The translations under genes were made by a program, and so were the position numbers. A DNA stretch of 64,000 nucleotides from Candidatus Dojkabacteria bacterium (GTDB taxonomy: Bacteria > Patescibacteriota > Dojkabacteria > SC72): the NCBI GenBank assembly GCA_050950145.1, contig JBMNHB010000001.1, positions 140,266-204,265 on the forward strand, read 5' to 3'. This document shows positions 28,651-38,702 of the stretch, in pieces. Numbering within the stretch: position 1 is the first letter of the stretch; every line of letters begins with the position of its first letter. The notes under the pieces were generated by a model. The model had not been told where the DNA came from, ran no database searches, and worked only from the letters and a program-made list of their open reading frames with translations.

Positions 28651-29394
28651 ATGAAAATTAAAAATATTGTAATATCTTTTGTACTTCTTTTGTTGTTTGC
28701 AACACCTGTTGTAGCCTACTACGATTTGGGCTCTCCAGAAGGATATGTTAATGACTATACTAATACTCTTACATATGAACAGAAGGATGCATTAGAGAGT
28801 AAGATTTTCACATTTGAGCAGGAGAGTACAAATGAGATTGCTGTTGTAATCATTGATAGTATGAAAGGTGATTACATTGAGAATTTTGCAGTAAAACTTT
28901 TTGAAAGCTGGGGGATTGGGAAAGAGAAAGAAGATAATGGGGTATTAATACTTGTTTCAATGAGTGAAAGACAGATGAGGATTGAAGTAGGATATGGTTT
29001 AGAAGGTTCTCTTACAGATGCTCAGGCTAGTTGGATTATTAAGAATGTAATGGTTCCTAATTTTAAGGAGAATGGATATTATGAAGGTATTGATGGTAGT
29101 GTAGATAAAATTATTGCAATAACTAAAGGGGAATTTGAAGTACCAGAAGAAAAGAATGTTAGGCCATTTATAACTCCCATTGTTATAGCCATCATTATTT
29201 TAGGAGTAATCATAGCTCTCACAATTCAAAAAAAGAAGTATCCTAATTTGGGGAGGTGGAATACAGATAGCAATTCTTCCTTTTCATCTAGTAGTTGGAG
29301 TAGTAGTTCTAGTTCTAGTAGTAGCTCCGGCAGTAGTTCTAGTAGCTTTGGAGATGGAAGCTCTGGAGGAGGTGGTGCTAGTGGAAGTTGGTAG
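28651..29394 (+). CDS. TPM domain protein
   Basis: YVNDY, WGIG...DNGVL, RIEVGYGLEG, Ser/Gly tail GGGGASGSW. Confidence 0.93.
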   Translation: MKIKNIVISFVLLLLFATPVVAYYDLGSPEGYVNDYTNTLTYEQKDALESKIFTFEQESTNEIAVVIIDSMKGDYIENFAVKLFESWGIGKEKEDNGVLILVSMSERQMRIEVGYGLEGSLTDAQASWIIKNVMVPNFKENGYYEGIDGSVDKIIAITKGEFEVPEEKNVRPFITPIVIAIIILGVIIALTIQKKKYPNLGRWNTDSNSSFSSSSWSSSSSSSSSSGSSSSSFGDGSSGGGGASGSW

Positions 29395-29998
29395 TTTTAG
29401 AAAAGGTATTCTTAAACGAGATTTCTTTCTTCAAGATATATTTGTTGTACTTAGAGAATTGTTGGGAAAAGTATTAATTCATCAAGAAGGGGATATTGTT
29501 ACAGGAGGAAGAATAATTGAGGTAGAGGCATATCCAGGAGGAGAAGATAAAGGATCGCATACATACCTCAACAAGAGAACACCTAGAACAGAAGTTCAAT
29601 TTGGAGTAGGTGGACATGCATATATCTATACTGTTCATACTCATCATCTTCTGAATATTGTTGTAGGTGAGGAAGGTAAACCAGGAGCTGTTTTAATACG
29701 GGCAATAGAACCAATGTATGGTATTGATAATATGAAAGAGAGAAGAGGTATGGAAGATTTAAAGTCTCTTACAAATGGTCCTGGTAAGTTTACACAAGCT
29801 ATGAATATTACAAAATTATTGAATGGTATAGATCTTTGTAATAATAATTCTGAATTATTTTTAATAGATGATGGTTTTAAGGTTAGAGAAAAAGATATTG
29901 TTAAAACTAAAAGAGTAGGTATTGATTATGCAGAAGAGTTTAGAGATGTACCTTGGAGATGGTATTTGAAAGATAATATGTTTGTTAGTAGGGTGTAG
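29381..29998 (+). CDS. mpg: DNA-3-methyladenine glycosylase
   Basis: LLGKVL, IIEVEAY, AVLIRAIEP, NGPGK, RVGI, PWRW; start uncertain (GTG 29381 after GGAGG). Confidence 0.9.
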   Translation: MEVGSFRKGILKRDFFLQDIFVVLRELLGKVLIHQEGDIVTGGRIIEVEAYPGGEDKGSHTYLNKRTPRTEVQFGVGGHAYIYTVHTHHLLNIVVGEEGKPGAVLIRAIEPMYGIDNMKERRGMEDLKSLTNGPGKFTQAMNITKLLNGIDLCNNNSELFLIDDGFKVREKDIVKTKRVGIDYAEEFRDVPWRWYLKDNMFVSRV

Positions 29999-30046
29999 TA
30001 GAATTTAAAGAAGTAAGTACAAAATATACTAAGTTCAATTAGGTCT

Positions 30047-30913
30047 TTACCTCATACACAAAGCTCCCTCTCTAACCCAAGAATATGCAACAGTACCATC
30101 TTGAAATACTACTAACTGTCTAACAAAATCTTTCTTAGGGTCATGTTTGGTTACATAATCAGTATATCTCAAAATATTTCCTTTGTAATCAAAAACACCC
30201 CCTCCCCATACATGTCCATGACACATTTTTGCATTTCTCCTTAACCATATACGTATTCCCAGTAAGTTCAATATGGATGGTGTAAATTCACTTCTACTAC
30301 CATCGGGATGTCCAATTGGCCATGAAGTAATATTATTTATTCCCATTCTAATTAGAGCATGTACAGCCTCTTCATATTTTTTTGCACTATTGACACCATC
30401 TTTTCTCAAGAGTAAGGTACCTCTTACTCCTAATCCATGTTTCTCCACATTATGAACAATCTTTTCAAACTTAGGATAGCTTTTAATGTTGTATGTCTCA
30501 GCTTGTTTCTTCTCATCTACATCATGTATTGATATTGCAACATTGTTTAACCCTAATTCTCTCCATGTATCTAAATATCTATCACAGAACTCTTCATTTC
30601 CAAGTAAAATACCATTAGAAAAAAGATTTACATTTGGAAAATATGCTCCTTGATCTGCACATTTCTTGTATATTTTCAAAGCATTAGTAAGAGCATCTGG
30701 ATCTGTTGTTGGTTCTCCACTTGAAGTTAGTGATAGAGACCAACCACCATATCTTGCTGATAATTTTATTGCTGATTCCAAATTTTTATCATATAGCTTA
30801 TTTATCTTTGCCTGTGGTCTTAAATATTTACCAGCACAAAAGTCACAGTTCGCATTACATGAACCACACCCAACTAGTGCAGAGACACTGTATATTTTTT
30901 CAATACATGCCAT
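30047..30913 (-). CDS. radical SAM protein, unknown function
   Basis: CNANCDFC CxxxCxxC, SGEPT, SNG, AISIH. Confidence 0.88.
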   Translation of the reverse strand: MACIEKIYSVSALVGCGSCNANCDFCAGKYLRPQAKINKLYDKNLESAIKLSARYGGWSLSLTSSGEPTTDPDALTNALKIYKKCADQGAYFPNVNLFSNGILLGNEEFCDRYLDTWRELGLNNVAISIHDVDEKKQAETYNIKSYPKFEKIVHNVEKHGLGVRGTLLLRKDGVNSAKKYEEAVHALIRMGINNITSWPIGHPDGSRSEFTPSILNLLGIRIWLRRNAKMCHGHVWGGGVFDYKGNILRYTDYVTKHDPKKDFVRQLVVFQDGTVAYSWVREGALCMR

Positions 30914-30929
30914 ATTTATTGATTAATTA

Positions 30930-30960
30930 ATTTATTTATTTATTTATTTATTTATTTATT
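30930..30960. repeat. (ATTT)7 simple sequence repeat
   Basis: Seven perfect ATTT units plus ATT, 16 nt upstream of the radical SAM start. Confidence 0.9.
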
Positions 30961-31058
30961 AACCAATGATAACCATGTCTTCCAATGAATGATATATAGA
31001 TGGGTGGATGGGTTTTGAAAGTAGTAAAGGTTAGAAAATGAGTTTTGAAAACAAAACT

Positions 31059-31556
31059 TTACTTATTCTCTTCTGTTATATGACTACATCTTGCTATATA
31101 GTTCTGAAGAATTTCCTGAAGTTCTTTCTTCTCTTTGTCATTTTTTAAGAAGTAAGAGATATAGTTCATAGCAGCACCCATATTTTTTTGTACAAGTATA
31201 CATACTGTAATATCAAACAACTCTTGGGTACTGATTTCTTTAAGATTTTTTGCAATAATGATTTTTTCTACTTCTTCAGTACAAATTTTAGCATTAGTAG
31301 CACAATCTCCTGTGTCTGCATTTTTTTGTTTTAGAAAAGAACTTAAGATACTACTGAAAAGTTTTTCGTGTGAGTATTTCTGTTTTGAAGAATTTCTTTT
31401 CTTAACTATTATATAGTCTAGATTAACACTTTCATATGTAGTGAATGTATTAAGACAGTGTATACATTTCCTTCTTCTCCATGTAGCATATCCAGAAAAT
31501 GTTTCTCTTGAATTTGTTACAACCATTTCCTGACTATTACAAAATGGACATTTCAT
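31059..31556 (-). CDS. nrdR: transcriptional repressor NrdR
   Basis: CPFC..SRE..RRRKCIHC..FTTYE Zn ribbon plus divergent ATP cone (VKKR). Confidence 0.88.
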   Translation of the reverse strand: MKCPFCNSQEMVVTNSRETFSGYATWRRRKCIHCLNTFTTYESVNLDYIIVKKRNSSKQKYSHEKLFSSILSSFLKQKNADTGDCATNAKICTEEVEKIIIAKNLKEISTQELFDITVCILVQKNMGAAMNYISYFLKNDKEKKELQEILQNYIARCSHITEENK

Positions 31557-31611
31557 TAGCCTATGGATATATCTTAATACCTAATTATACCTAAAAATAG
31601 TATAATATACT

Positions 31612-32259
31612 ATGACAAAGTTTGACATAATAACAATATTTCCTAAAACAATAGAGGAATATATAAATACAGGAATAATAAGAATAGCAAGAGAAAAAGG
31701 TCTTGTTAAAATTAATGTTCATGATCTAAGAAAATGGGCTACTGATAGACACAAAACAGTAGATGATACACCATACGGAGGTGGTCCAGGTATGATAATG
31801 AAGGTAGAGCCAATATACAAAGCTATCCAAGAATTAAAGAAGGAAAACACTTTAGTTGCAATTACAACACCAAAAGGAGAACAACTTAAACAAAAAAAGT
31901 TAGTAGAATTTTCCAAAGAAAAAGACTTACATATGATAATTCTTTGTGGAAGATATGAAGGTTTTGATCAGAGGATACATGATCACTTAGTAGACTATGA
32001 ATTTTCAGTAGGGGAGTATGTTCTCTCTGGAGGAGAGTTACCTGCTTTAGTCTTGGTAGATGGCATAACAAGACTAATTTCAGGAGTATTAGGTAATGAA
32101 TCTTCATTAGAAAATGAATCATTCAATAATGATATGTTAGAATATCCTCAATATACAAAACCAGAAGTATTCAACAAATGGTCTGTTCCAAAAGTACTTT
32201 TATCAGGTAATCATAAAGAGATTGAAAATTTCAGAAAAAAAGGGCAGAAAATGGTATAA
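31612..32259 (+). CDS. trmD: tRNA (guanine37-N1)-methyltransferase
   Basis: VDDTPYGGGPGM, CGRYEGFDQR, GEYVLSGGE, LEYPQYT. Confidence 0.98.
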   Translation: MTKFDIITIFPKTIEEYINTGIIRIAREKGLVKINVHDLRKWATDRHKTVDDTPYGGGPGMIMKVEPIYKAIQELKKENTLVAITTPKGEQLKQKKLVEFSKEKDLHMIILCGRYEGFDQRIHDHLVDYEFSVGEYVLSGGELPALVLVDGITRLISGVLGNESSLENESFNNDMLEYPQYTKPEVFNKWSVPKVLLSGNHKEIENFRKKGQKMV

Positions 32260-32312
32260 TGCTCCATACCTAAAAAGTAGGTATTTCCAGAAAGTATCTT
32301 AATTGTATTTTT

Positions 32313-32786
32313 ATGAATATGAAGAATAATAATAACAAGGTCATAATATCTAAAGATAAGTTTAATGAACTAAAAGAAAAACTTAGGGTTCTAATTAAGA
32401 GAAAGAAAGAGTTAGGTAAGAACCTAGAACAAGCTAGGTTAAGTGATGTAAGTGAGGATACTGATGCAATCAATGCAGTAGTTAATGAGATGCAGCATAT
32501 AGAGCAGGAAATGCTTGAAACAGAAAATACTATATCAAATTCTGAGATATTAAAGAAATCATCTTCTAAGAGTAAGATACAGATAGGATCAGAGGTGAAA
32601 GTGAAAGTAAATGGTAAGACAGTTACATATATAATTGTTTCTGATGTAGAAGCAGATCCACTACAAAACAAAATTTCTGACAGTTCTCCAGTGGGTGAAG
32701 CTTTGATGAAAGCTAAGAAGGGTAGTAAAGTTAAAGTGGAAGTAGGAGATAAAATAGTTGAATATGAGATTTTAGATATCTCCTAA
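32313..32786 (+). CDS. second GreA/GreB-family factor
   Basis: Coiled coil with SDVSEDTD tip, EADPLQNKISDSSPVGEAL. Confidence 0.85.
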   Translation: MNMKNNNNKVIISKDKFNELKEKLRVLIKRKKELGKNLEQARLSDVSEDTDAINAVVNEMQHIEQEMLETENTISNSEILKKSSSKSKIQIGSEVKVKVNGKTVTYIIVSDVEADPLQNKISDSSPVGEALMKAKKGSKVKVEVGDKIVEYEILDIS

Positions 32787-34078
32787 ACAATTATCTCATC
32801 TAAGTCTTCAATCTTTACTCTTTGTTGTTGCATGGTATCTCTATCTCGTACTGTAACAGTTCCATTTTCTAATGTTTCGTAATCAATTGTAATACAGTAA
32901 GGTGTTCCGATTTCATCCTGATATCTGTACCTCTTTCCAATATTACCTCTTCCATCCCATACAACTTTGTAAGAATCAGAAAGTAAATCAAAGACCTCTC
33001 TAGCTTTCTTTACAATATCTTCTTTATTTCCAACAAGTGGGAATATTGCAGCTTTGTATGCAGCAATATCTTTGTGTATTTTTAGTACAGTTCTCATATT
33101 TCCTTCTCCTAGATCTTCTTCCTCATACGCATCAAGAAGTAGATAGAGGAATGTTCTAGTAACACCTCCAGAAGTTTCTACAATATTAGGAATATATTTT
33201 TCGTTTGTAATAGGATCTGTATATGTCAAATCTGTTCCAGAGAACTTCATATGTTGAGTTAAATCATAATCACCTCTCCAGTGTATGCCTTCATTCTCAG
33301 CCCATCCCCATGGAGTTAAATATTCAATATCGTATGCATCTTTAGCATAAAATACTAATTTATCTTTTGGATGTTGATAGAATCTTAGATTGTCGTGTTT
33401 TCTGTAAAGCTCTTTATAGAATTTCATCCTTTCTTCTTTCCAATATTCAAAATATTTTCCCATATCATCAGGGTGTACAAAGAACTGTAAATCCCACTGT
33501 TCAAACTCTCTAGATCTAAAGGTGAATCTTCCAGGAGTCACCTCATTCCTAAAAGCTTTACCAATCTGTGCTATACCAAAAGGAATCTGTTGTCTTGTAC
33601 TATCTACAACATTCTTAAAGTTTAGATATATATTCTGACATGCCTCACCTCTTAGGTATGCTTTTACTTTAGATCCTTCAATTACACCAACCTCAGTTTG
33701 AAAAAGAAGATTATATGATCTTGGTTCAGTAAAATCTTTCTTACCACAATTTGGACATTTCTCTTCAATATCTTCTGGCCTAAATCTTTGGTGACAACCC
33801 TTACATTCAACAACCTCATCACCGAAATGATCTACATGTCCTGATGCTTCCCATACCTTAGGATGTGTAATGATAGTTCCATCAATTCCAACAACATTCT
33901 CTCTCTTATCAACCATATTCTTCCACCAATACCTCTTAAGATTGTTTAACATCTCAACACCTACAGGACCATAGTCATAGAAACCTCCTATACCACCATA
34001 TATTTCAGAGTTTGGATAAATTATTCCTCTTCTTTTACAAAGGGCAACTATATTGTCAAGTGTATTTTTATCTTCCAT
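32783..34078 (-). CDS. glyQS: glycine--tRNA ligase (alpha2 type)
   Basis: LCKRRG, YDYGP, WEASGH, IAQIGKAFRNE, FRSREFEQ, IGKRYR.QDEIGTP. Confidence 0.96.
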   Translation of the reverse strand: MEDKNTLDNIVALCKRRGIIYPNSEIYGGIGGFYDYGPVGVEMLNNLKRYWWKNMVDKRENVVGIDGTIITHPKVWEASGHVDHFGDEVVECKGCHQRFRPEDIEEKCPNCGKKDFTEPRSYNLLFQTEVGVIEGSKVKAYLRGEACQNIYLNFKNVVDSTRQQIPFGIAQIGKAFRNEVTPGRFTFRSREFEQWDLQFFVHPDDMGKYFEYWKEERMKFYKELYRKHDNLRFYQHPKDKLVFYAKDAYDIEYLTPWGWAENEGIHWRGDYDLTQHMKFSGTDLTYTDPITNEKYIPNIVETSGGVTRTFLYLLLDAYEEEDLGEGNMRTVLKIHKDIAAYKAAIFPLVGNKEDIVKKAREVFDLLSDSYKVVWDGRGNIGKRYRYQDEIGTPYCITIDYETLENGTVTVRDRDTMQQQRVKIEDLDEIIV

Positions 34079-34140
34079 GGATTTATTATATATCAAATAT
34101 TTAACTAAACCAACAAAGGAGTTTAATCTTACTGTAAAGA

Positions 34141-35103
34141 TTAGTATGTTTCTGTAAGTTTTTCATAATCATAGTAGTTAGGAAAGGAAAAGCCTCTCCT
34201 GTCAGTTTTACAGTCATATGAAAGGTAGTGGAGAACCTCGTGTATATATGTTAGTTTATCATATATTTCTTCTTTGTTTAAGAAATGTTTATTTATTCCT
34301 AAAGCTAGAGTGGACAGAGCAGTTATTGCTAAAAGATATGGAAGCGTCTCTTTGTTTGCTTTTGCATATGTTAATGCTCCAGTTACTACCGCAGAGCATG
34401 TGTATACATTATTCATATATTGCCAAAATTTCGTTCTTTGAGTATTAATGTATATATAGCGGTCAGGGTAATTCATTTTACCTGCAACATATATTGGCTG
34501 TATTAAATCTTTGAGTTTTTTCTTAGGGGGCTTGTTCTCGTATTTTTTCTGTACACGATTTAAGGAAAAGGAGATAGTTGTAAGTAACTCAAACATTGAA
34601 GGAATATTGAACTTTTCTTGTAGAATGGCATTCACATCCCTAAAGTTTCCGCTTAGTCCAGCAACCTGCAATTTTTCTAACAACTCTATTGCATTATTAT
34701 ACCCGTTTTTTTCACCATAACCGTTTAAGAATGGTTGTATATTACATTCCCAGTAATGTGTGTTTTTGTTGAAAGCCCTTTCATTCTTTTGAAGGATTGT
34801 TAATGCTAGAGATTCTGTGGTTAATTCATCGAAAAACCATGTACCCATATTTAATATCCTTAAGGCTTCTTTTTCTGCTCCAGATTTCTCTCCTCCCTCT
34901 TCTTTGTTTGGGTTATATTCTCTCTTAATATTGGTAACAGGTATATCAGGATGTTCTCTTTTTAATCTTTCTTTCAGATAATTAGGAAAGTAGTATGGTA
35001 GTGCATCTACAACTCTCTCAACATATCCAGGTTCAAAAAATTCTGGAATACCTTCCTCTCTTTCATATACATATTCATTTTCTGGTGTAATTTCTGTTTC
35101 CAT
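34141..35103 (-). CDS. HExxH protein, putative circularly permuted gluzincin (paralog B)
   Basis: C-terminal YIHEVLHYLS..RRGF; N-proximal FFDELTTESLA helix; N-terminus similar to 35106-35882. Confidence 0.6.
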   Translation of the reverse strand: METEITPENEYVYEREEGIPEFFEPGYVERVVDALPYYFPNYLKERLKREHPDIPVTNIKREYNPNKEEGGEKSGAEKEALRILNMGTWFFDELTTESLALTILQKNERAFNKNTHYWECNIQPFLNGYGEKNGYNNAIELLEKLQVAGLSGNFRDVNAILQEKFNIPSMFELLTTISFSLNRVQKKYENKPPKKKLKDLIQPIYVAGKMNYPDRYIYINTQRTKFWQYMNNVYTCSAVVTGALTYAKANKETLPYLLAITALSTLALGINKHFLNKEEIYDKLTYIHEVLHYLSYDCKTDRRGFSFPNYYDYEKLTETY

Positions 35104-35105
35104 AT

Positions 35106-35882
35106 TTAGTATATTTCTTTTAATTTTTGAAAATCTTTTAAAGTTTCAAATGTAAAACCACTTCTTGGTATATCTTCCTCTCCCTCTATGCTTAAATAGT
35201 GTAATATCTCATGTATGTATATCTCCTTTTTGTAACAATCATCTATTCCTTCCATATCTTGACTAATATACATTTGAATACGATCTTTATTTTTAATTAA
35301 ACAACCCCAGATAACTCTTGTCTCATATTCATTAGAGTCAATCTCTTTATTATTCTTACTTAAATTTTTCCCATACGAATACACGATATCGTATAAGTTA
35401 GGTTGATTTAATCTCTCTAACTTCTCATTTGCATATTTAAAATCTCCGCTCAAAAAAGCAATCTCTAGAATTTCTATCGTCCTCTGGTCATAAATTTTTT
35501 GTAAAGCTTCTAAGTCTTTTTGATATCCAATACTATTCTGTATGTTTTCACCGTTCATTCGTAAAGATGTTAATGCAAGGTGTGTAATTAATATTTCTGC
35601 TAAGTGTCGAGAACCTGCAGATAGGTAGAAGAAATCGTCCTTTTTACTTTCTCTCCTATTATCATAGCGATTCTTTTGTTCTTCGTTAATCTGTTTAAAA
35701 ATATTAGGATCAGTTAAAATCTCTATATCAGGATTTTCTATTTTAAGATAAATTTTAAGTTCTTCTGGAATATATGGGGGAAGCATATTTATAACTCTTT
35801 CAACATATCCAGGTTCAAAAAATTCTGGGACACTTTCGTCTCTTTCATACACATATTCATTTTCTAATGGTATGTTTTCCAT
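35106..35882 (-). CDS. HExxH protein, putative circularly permuted gluzincin (paralog A)
   Basis: C-terminal YIHEILHYLS..RSGF; N-proximal HLAEILITHLA helix. Confidence 0.6.
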   Translation of the reverse strand: MENIPLENEYVYERDESVPEFFEPGYVERVINMLPPYIPEELKIYLKIENPDIEILTDPNIFKQINEEQKNRYDNRRESKKDDFFYLSAGSRHLAEILITHLALTSLRMNGENIQNSIGYQKDLEALQKIYDQRTIEILEIAFLSGDFKYANEKLERLNQPNLYDIVYSYGKNLSKNNKEIDSNEYETRVIWGCLIKNKDRIQMYISQDMEGIDDCYKKEIYIHEILHYLSIEGEEDIPRSGFTFETLKDFQKLKEIY

Positions 35883-35990
35883 TTCAAAATATTTAAGGGC
35901 AGGAAATTAAAACTTTTATCATTATATCAATCTTTTATATTAATATCTATCTTTTCTTTAATCTTTCTAACTATTTTGATATATTAATAT

Positions 35991-36974
35991 ATGCCTAATG
36001 AAAATAATAAATCTGAAATAATTATCCCATCATGGTTGCTTTTTACTGTCTTTGGTATTTGGATATTAGCAATTCCATTATTAATATTTGTATTTACCAA
36101 TAATGAGGTTTCTTCAGCCAAGCCTGAAGTTTTAGGAATAGAGCAAGGACTAGTACGAGAACCAATAATTGTAGGGACTCAGCAAGAAGAAAAGAAACCG
36201 GAATCAACTCCAACAGTAGAAGAAGATATTATAGGAGAGTTAATTGTTGGAGTACCTTTGTATACACTATCAATATGTTACGAAGAGTATTGTCAATATT
36301 TTAATAATGATGATTTTAGAACTTTTTCAACAGGTAGAAGTTTAAATATAGAGAAGTTTAATGATTTCCTAAATACTCGTATTATTCCATTTTTTGAAAA
36401 GAAATATGGAGAGAAAACAATAGTGAAGAATAGTAAGGGAGAGTTTCTTGCAAAGTTAGAAGATGTGGAAATAGTATATTCAACAATCTACGATAAAATT
36501 AACAGTTCATTTATCAGTGGTGTTAAGAATATTAAGATAGATTTGGATTACAAAATATCTCCAGGAACAGATGGAAAATACGCTGAGAAATATATTGAGG
36601 TAGATAACTCACAACAAAGATTATATGTTTGGAATAAAGGAAAGGTAGAAAAGGTCATTCTGCTTTCTGGTCCTGTGTATGGATGGCAGGTATATGGGGT
36701 GTTTCCAATAGTAGATAAAGGAAGGGAACCAATCGCCCCTGGGGGTAAATATATGCCGTATTGGATGGCATTTTACTATAGTAAGAAACAAGATTCATGG
36801 TATGGTTTGCACGGCTTAATATGGAAGTATAGAGATGATGGTAGTAAATGGTTTGAACCAGTATCTAATATTGGTACTAGACAGAGTGCAGGGTGTATTA
36901 GAATGGTTCTTGAAGATGCTAAGTATCTCTATGAAAGATTTGAAAAAGGTGACCTCATTCTAATTCACGAATAG
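35991..36974 (+). CDS. L,D-transpeptidase (YkuD family), membrane anchored
   Basis: IEVDNSQQRL, MPYWM, GLHG...SAGCIR catalytic motif. Confidence 0.9.
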   Translation: MPNENNKSEIIIPSWLLFTVFGIWILAIPLLIFVFTNNEVSSAKPEVLGIEQGLVREPIIVGTQQEEKKPESTPTVEEDIIGELIVGVPLYTLSICYEEYCQYFNNDDFRTFSTGRSLNIEKFNDFLNTRIIPFFEKKYGEKTIVKNSKGEFLAKLEDVEIVYSTIYDKINSSFISGVKNIKIDLDYKISPGTDGKYAEKYIEVDNSQQRLYVWNKGKVEKVILLSGPVYGWQVYGVFPIVDKGREPIAPGGKYMPYWMAFYYSKKQDSWYGLHGLIWKYRDDGSKWFEPVSNIGTRQSAGCIRMVLEDAKYLYERFEKGDLILIHE

Positions 36975-37031
36975 GGGCCCAATAATCTTTTTGTGATATA
37001 ATCAAGAGATTTTAATTCTCATCATATTTGT

Positions 37032-38570
37032 ATGGAAGAAAAGGTAACAAGTGATTTAATTGGTCAAAGAGAAGTTAGACTTCAGAAATTAGCAAAATTA
37101 AAAGAGATAGGAATTAATCCATATCCAAGTAAGTCGTATAAAAAAGATAGTATTGGTGATATTCTTAACGAGTTTGAAAAGTATGATGGAGATGAAACGA
37201 TATTAGTTGGTAGAATAACGGCTTGGAGAGAACATGGGAAATTAGTTTTTGGGGATCTAATGGAACAGTCAGGTACTATCCAATTTATGATACGAAAAGA
37301 CGATTTAGTTGAGGATTTGAAAAAAGGATATCTTGGTTGGGATAAGTTAGAACTTTTAGATCTAGCAGATTTCATAGAAGTATATGGAACTATTGGTAAA
37401 ACTAAGACAGGACAGATTACCATTATGGTTAAAAATATCCGATTACTCTCAAAAGCACTAAGACCAATCCCCAGAGAGTTAGAAAACAAAGATCAGAGAT
37501 TTAGAAGAAGATACTTAGACTTAGTTATTCATCCAGAAAAGATGAGAATGTTTGAAAGAAAAGCTAAATTCTGGCAGGTACAGAGAGATTTCCTAAGAAA
37601 AGAAGGCTTTATGGAAGTTGAAGTCCCAATTATGGAACCAGTTACAGGTGGGGCAGATGCTAAACCATTCATTACACATCATAATGCGTTAGATCAAGAT
37701 TTCTACCTTAGAATTTCAACAGAGTTGTATCAGAAGAGATTAATAGGTGCAGGTTTTGAGAAGATATATACTTTTGGTCCTCATTTTAGAAATGAAGGTA
37801 TGGATGATGAACATCTTCAAGAATTTTATGATATTGAATGGTATTGGGCATATGCTGATTACAGAGATAATATGAAGCTAGTAAGAGAACTATTCTTAGA
37901 GATTGCTAAGAAGGTGTATGGTAAAACAGATTTTGAAACAAGGGGGCATAAATTTGATTTAGCAGATGAGTGGAAGGAGATAGATTATGCAACTTCAATC
38001 AAAGATAATTTTGATATTGATATTTTCAAGGATAGTGATGAAAAGATATTGGATGTGATAAAGAAGAATAATATTGAAATGGGTGGTGAGGTGAATAGGA
38101 ATAGGATGATTGATACACTTTGGAAAGATATTAGGACTAAGATATCAGGACCAGCATTTCTAGTTAATCAACCCAAATTCATTTCTCCTTTAGCTAAATC
38201 ACATGAGGATAATGAAGAATTAACACAGAGATTCCAGGTAATAATAGCAGGAAGTGAATTAGGTAATGGATATTCTGAGATTAATGATCCACAGGATCAA
38301 TTAGAAAGATTCTTAGAACAACAAGAGTTAAGAGAGAGTGGGGATGACGAGGCACATATGTTAGATATAGATTTTGTAGAGATGTTGGAGTATGGTATGC
38401 CACCTGTTAGTGGATATGGTCATAGTGAGAGAATATTCTGGTTTATGGAAGATGTAACTGCAAGAGAGGGTACTTTCTTCCCACAGATGAGAATTGAGAC
38501 AGAGAATATAACAAAAGAGATATATAAAGATAAGGTAAAGTTTGAAGATACAAAGAAGAAAAAGAAGTAG
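37032..38570 (+). CDS. lysS: lysine--tRNA ligase (class II)
   Basis: RRRYLDL, GGADAKPF.THHN, FRNEG, NGYSEINDP, EYGMPP. Confidence 0.97.
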   Translation: MEEKVTSDLIGQREVRLQKLAKLKEIGINPYPSKSYKKDSIGDILNEFEKYDGDETILVGRITAWREHGKLVFGDLMEQSGTIQFMIRKDDLVEDLKKGYLGWDKLELLDLADFIEVYGTIGKTKTGQITIMVKNIRLLSKALRPIPRELENKDQRFRRRYLDLVIHPEKMRMFERKAKFWQVQRDFLRKEGFMEVEVPIMEPVTGGADAKPFITHHNALDQDFYLRISTELYQKRLIGAGFEKIYTFGPHFRNEGMDDEHLQEFYDIEWYWAYADYRDNMKLVRELFLEIAKKVYGKTDFETRGHKFDLADEWKEIDYATSIKDNFDIDIFKDSDEKILDVIKKNNIEMGGEVNRNRMIDTLWKDIRTKISGPAFLVNQPKFISPLAKSHEDNEELTQRFQVIIAGSELGNGYSEINDPQDQLERFLEQQELRESGDDEAHMLDIDFVEMLEYGMPPVSGYGHSERIFWFMEDVTAREGTFFPQMRIETENITKEIYKDKVKFEDTKKKKK

Positions 38571-38702
38571 TTCTTTGCTTCTTAAAAACAGCTCTGTATC
38601 AATACCTTCCAAACTTTTAAACTTTGACTAATTATCCACTTTTTGATAAAATAAGCGTATGGGATGTAAGTAATCCCTATATAAGTTTTTATCAAACTTT
38701 TT

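Noticed and set aside
29270-29394. Ser/Gly tandem-like repeat (AGT/TCT)
   Set aside because: Normal low-complexity tail of TPM-domain proteins
30986-31002. Possible NrdR box upstream of the radical SAM gene
   Set aside because: Only the ATATATAG core matches; flanks do not fit and there is no tandem second box
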